Below are positions 55,735 through 64,000 of a stretch of DNA of 64,000 nt, in pieces. The notes below the pieces were generated by a model. That model ran no database searches, had not been told where the DNA came from, and saw only the letters and a program-made list of their open reading frames with translations. Within the stretch, counting starts at the first letter, position 1. The number at the start of each line of letters is the position of its first letter. The stretch lies in the IMG/VR virus record IMGVR_UViG_3300008111_000002, positions 1-64,000 of that record. The stretch is one strand, 5' to 3'. The translations under genes were made by a program, and so were the position numbers.

Positions 55735-56436
55735 TTAATAAAATACTGATTTGTGGGGAGACTCTAAAGGTGTTGAATTGCTCAGATAATAGATCGACAT
55801 TAAATTTTGTCTTTCGATATCCTCGGGGCAAAGTATCGGCTCTGTAAAACCATGAAAAAACTCTTGCTCATATTCCCAAAAAATTAATCTATTGGGTGTT
55901 GGCTCAACTGTTAATAATTTTTCAGTTTTAGAACGATTCCAAAATTCTAACTGTCCGTTCCATTCAGATTTCCATTCTGGATTTGAATAAATTATTAAAT
56001 TGAACGCTCGATTTAATTTTAATGAATTATTCCAATTAAAATCAATATGCAACCCCAATTGAGAATTGCGAGGAGTTGATGTTATGCCTGCTCCTAAATA
56101 ATGAGGATCGGGTATTATTCCTTCAACTCCTGTAATTTTTGTCATCCATGAAATAAAATTATGTCCTGTTAAATTTAACATTATATTCTGCAATATATCT
56201 GAACCGGTAAAATCTCGAGTTTCTTTTCTCGGACCGGAAGTATTGCCAAGATTCTTATGAATCCATTTATCAGCAGGATAGTTTCTTATATCATTACATA
56301 GATTTTTGTATATTTCTTCGGGAAAAAAATTATCAACAATTATATGTTTGATAGGTGAGGACACCTTATACTGATTTGATAAAGATTCAGTAGCATAATA
56401 TTTTTCTAAATTGTTAAAAAAACTGTTAATTTCCAT
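55735..56436 (-). CDS. 2OG-Fe(II) oxygenase
   Basis: IIVDNF, LHIDFN (HxD), GQLEFW, FFHGF, RQNL. Confidence 0.85.
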   Translation of the reverse strand: MEINSFFNNLEKYYATESLSNQYKVSSPIKHIIVDNFFPEEIYKNLCNDIRNYPADKWIHKNLGNTSGPRKETRDFTGSDILQNIMLNLTGHNFISWMTKITGVEGIIPDPHYLGAGITSTPRNSQLGLHIDFNWNNSLKLNRAFNLIIYSNPEWKSEWNGQLEFWNRSKTEKLLTVEPTPNRLIFWEYEQEFFHGFTEPILCPEDIERQNLMSIYYLSNSTPLESPHKSVFY

Positions 56437-57581
56437 TAGAGATATTCATATATAAAATCAAAAGATGCATTAGTAAAAGAAGTTGCTTTTTGTTGCTCTA
56501 ATCTTTGATAATTTCTTTCACATATTTCTTTAATACTATTTAATAGATTATAATATTCAGATGTTGGAAGATGTACTATTCTTTCTACTTCATCAACGAT
56601 CATTTTTAATCTTGTTTGATTATCTTCTTCTTTATCATAATCTTCATTAATAAACTTACCAAAAGTTTCATAGCCCATGGATCTCAGATCTTCTAAAATG
56701 TACGGAGTTCCAAATATAATAAAAGGTTTTTTACATGCTATCGGTTTATAAATTTTTTCAGTTATAAAACTAGGAGCAGCGCCTTTTATATATTTTCCAT
56801 TCATATGGCTCAAAAAAGGATCAAAAAATGTTTCTATTGCAATGTGAAAATCAGAAGAAGCAACTGTAGAATAGGTAATATCTGCCCATTTATTATAAAC
56901 GTTATCGGTAGAATCAATTCTATGGGGTACTTTAAATAACCATTCTAAAATTTTATCAGTAATAGGAATTTTTAATTTTTTTAAATCTTCCATCATATCA
57001 GAAATAGTAAAAACTGTCTTTTCATAAGGATGTATATTATAAAAAGAATATGTAAAATCTTTTATTAAATCCCGTTCTATTAATTCACAATATAACCAAA
57101 GACGCCAATTTCTATAATTTCTACTAAGAACACTAAATTTTGATTTTGATTCAAGATTTAAGGTATCAAGATTTACCTTACTCAGTAAAAAATTAAATGT
57201 TGTAAAATTGATCCCAGATATATTTTGTTCAATTAATTTTTTTTCTAAAAATTGTTTATGAACATCATCTGCTAGCGCAATATAAATTTGTGTTGGATTA
57301 ATATTTCTTGTTTTAATTAATTCGATTACTTCGTTTAAAAAATTATAATTAAACGTTTCTCCGCAATTTTCATGAAATAATTTTGCAGACGGTGTCGTTC
57401 TTAAATGTTCCCAATGTATTTCATCAATGCAATCTTTAAATTTCACACCATGTTGTTGATCATCATAAAAGTGATGATAAAATACATCATCTGATGAAGG
57501 AACCCATGTTTTTAAATTATTAAATTTTTTATGATCAAATTTAATATGATGAAATTTTTCAGTTTTACTGTATATTGGCAT
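56436..57581 (-). CDS. GT10-like GT-B protein, paralog 3
   Basis: FSVLSRNYRNWR, IETFF..FITEKIYKPIACKKPFIIFG, GYETF..INEDYD. Confidence 0.55.
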   Translation of the reverse strand: MPIYSKTEKFHHIKFDHKKFNNLKTWVPSSDDVFYHHFYDDQQHGVKFKDCIDEIHWEHLRTTPSAKLFHENCGETFNYNFLNEVIELIKTRNINPTQIYIALADDVHKQFLEKKLIEQNISGINFTTFNFLLSKVNLDTLNLESKSKFSVLSRNYRNWRLWLYCELIERDLIKDFTYSFYNIHPYEKTVFTISDMMEDLKKLKIPITDKILEWLFKVPHRIDSTDNVYNKWADITYSTVASSDFHIAIETFFDPFLSHMNGKYIKGAAPSFITEKIYKPIACKKPFIIFGTPYILEDLRSMGYETFGKFINEDYDKEEDNQTRLKMIVDEVERIVHLPTSEYYNLLNSIKEICERNYQRLEQQKATSFTNASFDFIYEYL

Positions 57582-58530
57582 TTACTTGTTCCTCAATCCA
57601 TTTATATGTATGGATCAACCCATATTCGAGATCCTCGCTCGGTCTCCATTCTAAAAATTTTTCAATTAAATCGTTATGGCTTGATCGTCCCATAACACCT
57701 ATTGGACCTTCAATATTGTTAATTACAATTTCTTTTTTAGCAATCTTGGCAATTAATAGTGCAAGATCATTAATAGAAATCATTCTTTCGCTTCCTAAAT
57801 TAATTGGAATATTAATATTGCTTTCCATTATTTTCAATAATCCCGTAATGCATTCGTCAATATATAAAAATGTCCTTGTTTGATTTCCAGGACCCCAAAT
57901 ATCAACTATGCCGTTGGTTGACATTGCAACTTTACGAGACAATGCTGCAGGGGCTTTTTCTCTTCCATCATTCCACGCACCGTATGGTCCATAAACATTA
58001 TGTAACCTAACTACTTTTGCATCAATGTTGTAATTTTTTCTATGTGCCAAATAAAGTCTTTCACTGAACAGTTTTTCCCAACCATATTCTGTATCTGGTT
58101 GGGCCGGATATGCAGTATGCTCTTCACATATAGGATTATCGGGATCCTCTTGATTAAATTCTGGATAAACACATGCACTACTTGTATAAAGTATTTTTTT
58201 GATACCTTTTTTAGAAGCTTCATGAATAATATTAAGATTAATCATTGCAGAGTTGTGCATTATATCAGAGTCGTGCTCACCAATTGCAATATAGCCTGTT
58301 CCTCCCATATCTGCAGCCAGTTGATAAATTTCATCGAGATTTTCAGTAATTAAATTTTCTACATTTCTTGTATCTCGCAAATCTCTAATATAAAACTCAT
58401 CTGCTTCTGTTTCTCTAAATTGATGATATTTTAAATCTACACCAATTACATAATGGCCTTGTTTTTTAAGAGCAGATACTAAATGGCCGCCAATAAATCC
58501 CCCGGCGCCGCAAACTAAAATTCTTTTCAT
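57565..58530 (-). CDS. gme: GDP-mannose 3,5-epimerase-like SDR
   Basis: GAGGFIGGHL, QLAADMGG, YTSSACVYP, YGWEKLFSE (YxxxK), GREKAPAALSRK. Confidence 0.85.
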   Translation of the reverse strand: MKRILVCGAGGFIGGHLVSALKKQGHYVIGVDLKYHQFRETEADEFYIRDLRDTRNVENLITENLDEIYQLAADMGGTGYIAIGEHDSDIMHNSAMINLNIIHEASKKGIKKILYTSSACVYPEFNQEDPDNPICEEHTAYPAQPDTEYGWEKLFSERLYLAHRKNYNIDAKVVRLHNVYGPYGAWNDGREKAPAALSRKVAMSTNGIVDIWGPGNQTRTFLYIDECITGLLKIMESNINIPINLGSERMISINDLALLIAKIAKKEIVINNIEGPIGVMGRSSHNDLIEKFLEWRPSEDLEYGLIHTYKWIEEQVNANIQ

Positions 58531-58540
58531 TTTAAGTCCT

Positions 58541-59851
58541 CTAAATTCCGTATGTATTTAAAAGATACTCTACTTCAGGATTTCCCATTGTTAATAAATG
58601 ATTTCGATTAAATTCAAGAGTATCTTTTAATTTATATGTTAAATCAATTAATTTTGATTCTGGCCATTTTGATATGTTTTCTATTAGATTCATAATAAAT
58701 GAAAATCTTTTTTCGTGATCAAGAATATCATCATATGACTCATCCCAAAATTCCGAAAATGTTTTAAATCCCGATTCTTTTAAATGACCCAATGTTCCCG
58801 GAGCAGCAAAAATAATAAACGGTTGCATAAATGCAATTGGTTTATAAGTTTTTTCAGTTATATGTCTTATATTATTAAAAAAATAAGTTTCGGTAACAAT
58901 ATTGATATAACTATTTTTGTAAAAATCATTCACTTCGGATATTTTCTTCTCCATGGGATATTTAGAAAAATCCGGAGTATCTAATGTTAAAGGCAGAAGC
59001 ACCGAAGAATCATAGACAGTATCCATTCCTAAGCCTAGATTCTTATGTAAATTAATAACATGGGAAGCGTTTTCTATAAAAGGGCGGCCCGATTCTGGTT
59101 GATCTTTCGCCATACTCATATAGGTAACTTCTAGCAAATTTCTTTTAAAAAAATCTAGATATACCAACAATCTATGTTCATTATATCTACGATTAAAGCA
59201 TAAAAATTTTTTCTTTCTTGGGCCAGGAACATATGGATCTGTAGATGCTAGTGCATCTCCAACGTCACACCGATCAAATCTAAAAGTCGGAAAATATTCA
59301 ATCTTAATTTCTTCGGGTATGTTATATTGTTTACAAAAATCTTTATAAATTTCTTTTCCGTTTTGACAATTGCTTACATATACAATTTGAGATAATGGAG
59401 CTCCCTTACCTTTAAAATAATCTGTCATTGCTTTTAAAAATTCGTCATACATATATCCTTCATGTAATAATGTTATAAGAATATAACCTTCTTTTTTTAG
59501 AATTTTTTGAGCCACGGTATCACTGATTCTATTATTATCAAGTAATCCGTTTGAATGATGAAAAGCTCCTAAGATGTCTCGATAGTGATAATTAGTAAAA
59601 TTTAATTCATAAAAAAATGGTTCATCTGGAATATTTGATGGAGAACAAATTCTTAAATTTTTTCCAAATTTATTATAGAAATGAGGCCGCTGTCTTAAAT
59701 CTTCTTTATAACCGTACATAGCATAATCAACATTAATAAATGATGATGTCATGAAATCCATCAATGTTGGAACTCTATTATTTGTAAGGGGTCCGTCCGG
59801 ACCAATCCATTCGTACACAAAATTAATTTTTCTATTATTGCTTGCATTCAT
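58541..59851 (-). CDS. GT10-like GT-B protein, paralog 4
   Basis: FLCFNRRYNEHR, INIVTETYF..HITEKTYKPIAFMQPFII, GFKTF..WDESYD. Confidence 0.55.
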   Translation of the reverse strand: MNASNNRKINFVYEWIGPDGPLTNNRVPTLMDFMTSSFINVDYAMYGYKEDLRQRPHFYNKFGKNLRICSPSNIPDEPFFYELNFTNYHYRDILGAFHHSNGLLDNNRISDTVAQKILKKEGYILITLLHEGYMYDEFLKAMTDYFKGKGAPLSQIVYVSNCQNGKEIYKDFCKQYNIPEEIKIEYFPTFRFDRCDVGDALASTDPYVPGPRKKKFLCFNRRYNEHRLLVYLDFFKRNLLEVTYMSMAKDQPESGRPFIENASHVINLHKNLGLGMDTVYDSSVLLPLTLDTPDFSKYPMEKKISEVNDFYKNSYINIVTETYFFNNIRHITEKTYKPIAFMQPFIIFAAPGTLGHLKESGFKTFSEFWDESYDDILDHEKRFSFIMNLIENISKWPESKLIDLTYKLKDTLEFNRNHLLTMGNPEVEYLLNTYGI

Positions 59852-61196
59852 TATAAAACTCTTCTAATAAAGGAAAGGTAGCTATCAAATCTGTTCCTCT
59901 ACGTTTATCATATTCATTAAACCAGTTAAAAAAATCTTTTCTTCCTTCTTTAATTCTGTCTTCAGTATAATTTGTTGTTTCCATATAGTGAACAACACGC
60001 TTAAACTTTTCAAACTCCAATTCTGAAAATTTAGTTCGATCTTTGTCATCCAAATTATTTTTTATAAAATTTAAATGGTTATGCATAAATGGCATGAATT
60101 GATCCTTTGGTAATATATTCATATCATATTGCAAAGGTTCTTTCAAGAACGGGGTATCAAAACGAATACGCTGCCATTTATTTTGTTGGTATCCATTATA
60201 TTTTGTACGCCATTCTAAAATCTTTTTTAACAAACTTTGAAAATTAGTTACTGTTAAGATATTAAATGTTATCATAAACGTAACAGGCAAACTTGTTTTA
60301 GTTAGATATGTGTCTAAGTTACGCTCCCAAATAGACAGATCTAGACCGGTGCGAATGTATTCTGCCTGCGGACCCCAGGTGTCGACACTGGTAAAAATCT
60401 TAAAGTCTTTAATTTTACCGTTGCTGACTAGGTTATTAACCTTTTCAACTAATCTATCAATTAAAATAGGTTTAACACCAAAGTTGCTATTAATGTTTAA
60501 CTCTAAATTAGGCAGTGGATTTTGTTCTAAATCTTCTAATAATTTCCATGTGCTCTGTTGTAGTAATGGTTCGCCGCCAGTTATCCGAAGTATTGTTAAT
60601 GTCTTACGCACCTCCGGCCACCATTCCCACCAAGCAGCAACATAAGGATTAGTTTCTTCTTCGTGTATTCTAAACCAATCGATATCATTGCGATGATTCT
60701 TTACAGTAGTATAAGGACCGTAGTCCTTAATTTCTTTATAATAACTGCTGCTATGTTTAGGATGGCAGTATCCGCATTTAAAATTGCATTCATTTCCAAA
60801 TGAAATTTCTATATATTGCGGATTAACTGGTTTTAAAGGATTAGATTTGATTGCCGCAAATCTTTCATCTGTATAGATGCTGGCATTACGTTCTTTTCTA
60901 TCACTTATATAATCTTCGCCCAATGTTTCGATATTCCAACAATAATTACAGCCACTGGGTTTTTCACCATCTATCATGGCAGCACGTTCTGATAATTTTT
61001 GTTGAGTGTTATGTAATGCGTTTGGATTTAACGCTATTTCTTTTAAAGGTATTGTATGTGGTGGAGGATGATAACAACTGTGTGTTTCACCTGTTTGTAG
61101 ATATATTGTAGTATGATGCCATTTTGCAAGACAAAAAGTAGGACTGATTTCATTCATTATAGGAATGAATTTTTTAATCCTTGTTATATCTTGCAT
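59835..61196 (-). CDS. Radical SAM protein with N-terminal SPASM/twitch-like domain
   Basis: FCLAKWHH..HSCYH..GCNYCW N-domain; ECNFKCGYC (CX3CX2C); ITGGEPLL; INSN. Confidence 0.85.
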   Translation of the reverse strand: MQDITRIKKFIPIMNEISPTFCLAKWHHTTIYLQTGETHSCYHPPPHTIPLKEIALNPNALHNTQQKLSERAAMIDGEKPSGCNYCWNIETLGEDYISDRKERNASIYTDERFAAIKSNPLKPVNPQYIEISFGNECNFKCGYCHPKHSSSYYKEIKDYGPYTTVKNHRNDIDWFRIHEEETNPYVAAWWEWWPEVRKTLTILRITGGEPLLQQSTWKLLEDLEQNPLPNLELNINSNFGVKPILIDRLVEKVNNLVSNGKIKDFKIFTSVDTWGPQAEYIRTGLDLSIWERNLDTYLTKTSLPVTFMITFNILTVTNFQSLLKKILEWRTKYNGYQQNKWQRIRFDTPFLKEPLQYDMNILPKDQFMPFMHNHLNFIKNNLDDKDRTKFSELEFEKFKRVVHYMETTNYTEDRIKEGRKDFFNWFNEYDKRRGTDLIATFPLLEEFYNECKQ

Positions 61197-62253
61197 TAAA
61201 ATGTTCCTTTAACCAATCATAGTCGTTTATCTTTGCTAACTCGCTGGGTGCATTTTGCCATTTTAAACCAAACCATTTTCCAATAGTTGCACCATCTAAG
61301 GCATATTCTCCAAAAGGTTTATCCTCGCCTTTAGTACACCATATGTCTAAACGTTCTTCTGATTCTTTACTTATCTGTCCATGAAGCTTTTTACTGGCCA
61401 ACTTGACACATTCTCTAAATGCTGAACGCCATGTGCTATATGAATCTGTGTTAAAGGCGGTAATGTTACTGACCTGATCCATAGCTTTAAACTTCTTGCT
61501 AATACTAGTTGTCATATCTGGACTGTTAACATCAACTTCTAAGGTTAATTTGGTAGGTAATAATTTAACACCACCATACCCGTACTCTAAATTGTTAATT
61601 GGATTACGACTACGCCATACATGTACAACATCTCTATCATGCTTAGGAACATAGTAGTTTAGTTTAAAATCTTCAATTAACTCTGCATCTGCATCGACTA
61701 CCCAAAACATAGGAGTTGTAGATATCTTTGCTGCTGCTATGTGTGCTTGGTGTATACCTTTAATTCCGTGTATTCTTTTAGCATTAGGGTATAATTGTAA
61801 AAGACTATTATAATTTTTGTCTGCAAATGATTCGTTGTAACTTATAAACACAACATCAGACGGAATCGAATATGTTAGATTAATGTCAATGTCTTTAATT
61901 TTTCCTGTAAAAAATTGATATTGCCATTCCCTATTGGTTATTTGAGTCCCTCTAGGAATGAGATAAACACCTAGATATGTTTTGTTATCTTGTAAAAATC
62001 TGTGTATGTATTCTTTATCCCACTCTGGAACTACATAACTGAAATCGTAATCAATGACACAATCGTCATCAACTATCCATGCAAATTTTGTAAAGGTATG
62101 TGATAATGCTTCTTGTACAGTTGCACGTTTTTGTGCGTGGGGAAATTTATTTTTTAATTGCTGCCATCTTTGATCAGAGGAGGGAGTTCTTTGATCTATA
62201 AAAAATAAATCATACATTTTTAGTTGGGAAATAGTAAGTAGCACAGAGATCAA
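61174..62253 (-). CDS. GT-A-like glycosyltransferase with internal duplication
   Basis: Two related halves (FFID..WIVDDD and FISYNE..WVVDAD) carrying DxD motifs; WRSAFREC. Confidence 0.6.
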   Translation of the reverse strand: MISVLLTISQLKMYDLFFIDQRTPSSDQRWQQLKNKFPHAQKRATVQEALSHTFTKFAWIVDDDCVIDYDFSYVVPEWDKEYIHRFLQDNKTYLGVYLIPRGTQITNREWQYQFFTGKIKDIDINLTYSIPSDVVFISYNESFADKNYNSLLQLYPNAKRIHGIKGIHQAHIAAAKISTTPMFWVVDADAELIEDFKLNYYVPKHDRDVVHVWRSRNPINNLEYGYGGVKLLPTKLTLEVDVNSPDMTTSISKKFKAMDQVSNITAFNTDSYSTWRSAFRECVKLASKKLHGQISKESEERLDIWCTKGEDKPFGEYALDGATIGKWFGLKWQNAPSELAKINDYDWLKEHFNARYNKD

Positions 62254-63103
62254 AAGTTTCTCTGTAAAGATCAGCAGTAAATTTACTTTGTTTTTCGTTT
62301 AACCAAGGCCATTCAAAACCCAACTCTCTATGTATTTTTGTTCCAAGATCTTGAGCATCTTGTTCTACACTATCATGATTAACATTTTCTTCATAGATAT
62401 TTTTTAAGATTTCAAAATCTCTTACATCAACATAGTTCCAGTTTGTACAATTAGTCATCCAGGTTCCCATACGAGCACCCAGAATAGCATACTTTCCGTT
62501 TTCAATATGAGTTCCGACTGTACTCCATATCTTAAGACGGTGTATATTATGCCACCATATTTGTTGTTTGATTTCGGTAGGTTTAACCTTAACACCATCT
62601 TTAAGAGTCATTTTAACTCCTTCGCGGAATCCTGCTCTCCATGCCTGAAATGGGGTGCAATTAATAACACTTTGACTAAAAGAACGAGGATGATTTTTAT
62701 ATCCATCCTCCCAACAAAAATCTACCTGTGCTTGTGGTGTGTCCGCAGCTTCGTGAGTTTTCATATTAAGAATAAAATCTTTGTGCCAGATTTTAAGACC
62801 ACCGTTACCATACCGTAGTCCGTTAACAGAATTTACACCACACCAACCATAGACTCTTATTTTTTCATTCGACATATCTAAATCCATGTCAAAAAAAGTT
62901 GAATCTACTATATTATCTGCGTCGACTGTGATTAACCAGTCTGTTTCTGATTGATCTGCAGCAACTTTATGCGCAGCATCGCTGCCTTTAACTCCGTGTA
63001 CACGTTTAGCCCAAGGTACTTTTGTTAATAAATCTGCATAATTTTTTTCAGCATTTGGTTCATCATAACTGATAAAAACGGTATCAAACTCAATTACTTT
63101 CAT
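62210..63103 (-). CDS. GT-A-like glycosyltransferase, paralog of the adjacent gene
   Basis: FISYDEPNA, RVHGVKG, ITVDAD, WRAGFREG. Confidence 0.6.
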   Translation of the reverse strand: MKVIEFDTVFISYDEPNAEKNYADLLTKVPWAKRVHGVKGSDAAHKVAADQSETDWLITVDADNIVDSTFFDMDLDMSNEKIRVYGWCGVNSVNGLRYGNGGLKIWHKDFILNMKTHEAADTPQAQVDFCWEDGYKNHPRSFSQSVINCTPFQAWRAGFREGVKMTLKDGVKVKPTEIKQQIWWHNIHRLKIWSTVGTHIENGKYAILGARMGTWMTNCTNWNYVDVRDFEILKNIYEENVNHDSVEQDAQDLGTKIHRELGFEWPWLNEKQSKFTADLYRETFDLCATYYFPTKNV

Positions 63104-63119
63104 TTTACCCCAATCTTAA

Positions 63120-63638
63120 TTAGAGTAAAGGAATCCAAAGAAGGAATCCTTGAGTTGCTAAAAGTGTAGCAAACCCCCCTAAAGATATTCCAATCCAATA
63201 CATACGTATACTAAATGTTAGCATAGAAGCTGCTAAAATAACAATAGCAATTTGATAGAATGCGTTAGCATATGTATACCAGGGGCTTCTTTTTTCTGCC
63301 ACTGCTCTTTCTGCTTCAATGGCTCTTGCTTTAGTCATTAATTCTTTTTTACCTTCCCCCGTTTTAGGATCAGATTCATATCTTTCAATTTTTTCTTTTA
63401 ATTTTTCTGCTTTTTTAGTTTCTTTTCTAAACACAGCATCATCATATGCAATTTCAGCTAACGATTGTTTTACAGATTTTGCTTGATAAAAAGACCAAAT
63501 GTTATTTGATTCGATTGTATTATTTAAAATTTGAGAAGAATTATCACCGTCTAATAAAGATGTTATAGCTAATAGTGCTGCTAATACTGTTATTATCCAA
63601 CCAGTGCGCTCTTTGATTTGTTCTTTATTGTCACTCAT
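63120..63638 (-). CDS. DUF4337-like membrane protein
   Basis: N-terminal TM, NNIWSFYQAKSVK motif, coiled coil, two C-terminal TMs. Confidence 0.7.
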   Translation of the reverse strand: MSDNKEQIKERTGWIITVLAALLAITSLLDGDNSSQILNNTIESNNIWSFYQAKSVKQSLAEIAYDDAVFRKETKKAEKLKEKIERYESDPKTGEGKKELMTKARAIEAERAVAEKRSPWYTYANAFYQIAIVILAASMLTFSIRMYWIGISLGGFATLLATQGFLLWIPLL

Positions 63639-63648
63639 AATTAAATCC

Positions 63649-63999
63649 TTATTTTACTTCAAAGTTTACTTTATCAAAAATTTTAATATAATAAATGCTA
63701 ATATCTTCTGGTAAAGTTGAACCATCAAATTCTACTTCAACCTCATTGTTATTAACTAACGTATTGGCCGAAACTACTATTGGACTTATTAATTCATTAG
63801 GATTATTATATTTTGTAATGTAAAAACGAATTCGAACTTCATCATCTGGATTAGAAATTAATGATTTAACATAATTTTTAGCACCATCAGTAATTAATGC
63901 AACTTTGAAAACTTTTTTCTCTAATAAAATAGATATTCTTGCATCTAAGAATGATTCATTTATATCGTTATCAAATTCTATTCTTACAAAATCTCCAAA
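63649..63999 (-). CDS. Hypothetical protein, 5'-truncated by the window edge
   Basis: Open frame from 63999 (FGDFVRIEFDNDINESFLDARIS...) to TAA at 63651-63649. Confidence 0.6.
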   Translation of the reverse strand, partial: FGDFVRIEFDNDINESFLDARISILLEKKVFKVALITDGAKNYVKSLISNPDDEVRIRFYITKYNNPNELISPIVVSANTLVNNNEVEVEFDGSTLPEDISIYYIKIFDKVNFEVK

Positions 64000-64000
64000 C

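Noticed and set aside
661-62818. Many opposite-strand or alternate-frame ORFs in the track (e.g. 5089-5400, 12548-12940, 19366-19806, 23181-23537, 31622-31975, 33982-34311, 60310-60645)
   Set aside because: They lie wholly within well-supported genes and have no RBS or family motifs, so they are treated as shadow ORFs.
51720-63103. The island as a captured host O-antigen locus or transposon cargo
   Set aside because: No wzx/wzy/ABC transporter, integrase, transposase or terminal repeats are seen at the visible (left) boundary, and the genes are packed phage-style. Horizontal origin is possible but not demonstrable from this window.
1-64000. CRISPR array or tRNA genes
   Set aside because: Intergenic gaps are short and explained by promoters, terminators or small ORFs. 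I saw no regularly spaced repeats or cloverleaf/T-loop signatures by eye. tRNAscan-SE and a CRISPR finder would be the definitive check.
1-64000. Stop-codon reassignment, as seen in some large phages
   Set aside because: Conserved genes (polB, clpA, folE, queE) are full-length in the standard code, coding density is high, and TAA, TAG and TGA all terminate ORFs at sensible positions.

Overview
This window is an AT-rich, gene-dense segment of a large T4-like (probably jumbo, myovirus-type) dsDNA phage. Spanins and sigma70-type promoters point to a Gram-negative host. In order: (1) 1-11.2 kb, tail fibre/baseplate genes; (2) 11.2-17.3 kb, a DnaE fragment, GroES, MazG-like enzyme, UDP-glucose dehydrogenase, clamp loader and an inverted phoH; (3) 17.3-20.1 kb, a GH19 endolysin/spanin/holin-like cassette plus extra envelope proteins; (4) 20.1-23.8 kb, DnaJ, peptide deformylase and ClpA/B; (5) 24.5-32.5 kb, late genes whose products share a T4 capsid-targeting-like N-terminus and repeated [ILV]xE sites, including a LysM-GH19 enzyme; (6) 33.3-36.8 kb, family B DNA polymerase, preceded by twin hairpins with matching loops, and a probable sliding clamp; (7) 37.3-47.3 kb, a 7-deazaguanine DNA-modification locus (TGT-fold DpdA-like, DpdL/QueD-like T-fold protein, FolE, QueE) with an embedded GT-B glycosyltransferase, PRTase, HIT, cupin and dCMP deaminase; (8) 47.8-51.7 kb, RNase H and hypotheticals; (9) 51.7-64 kb, an inverted, very AT-rich sugar-modification island (GDP-mannose 3,5-epimerase, four GT10-like paralogs, GT-A proteins, UDP-Glc dehydrogenase, 2OG oxygenase, methyltransferase, radical SAM). 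I saw no tRNA, CRISPR array, intein or stop-codon recoding. All functional calls come from motif recognition by eye; no database search was run.
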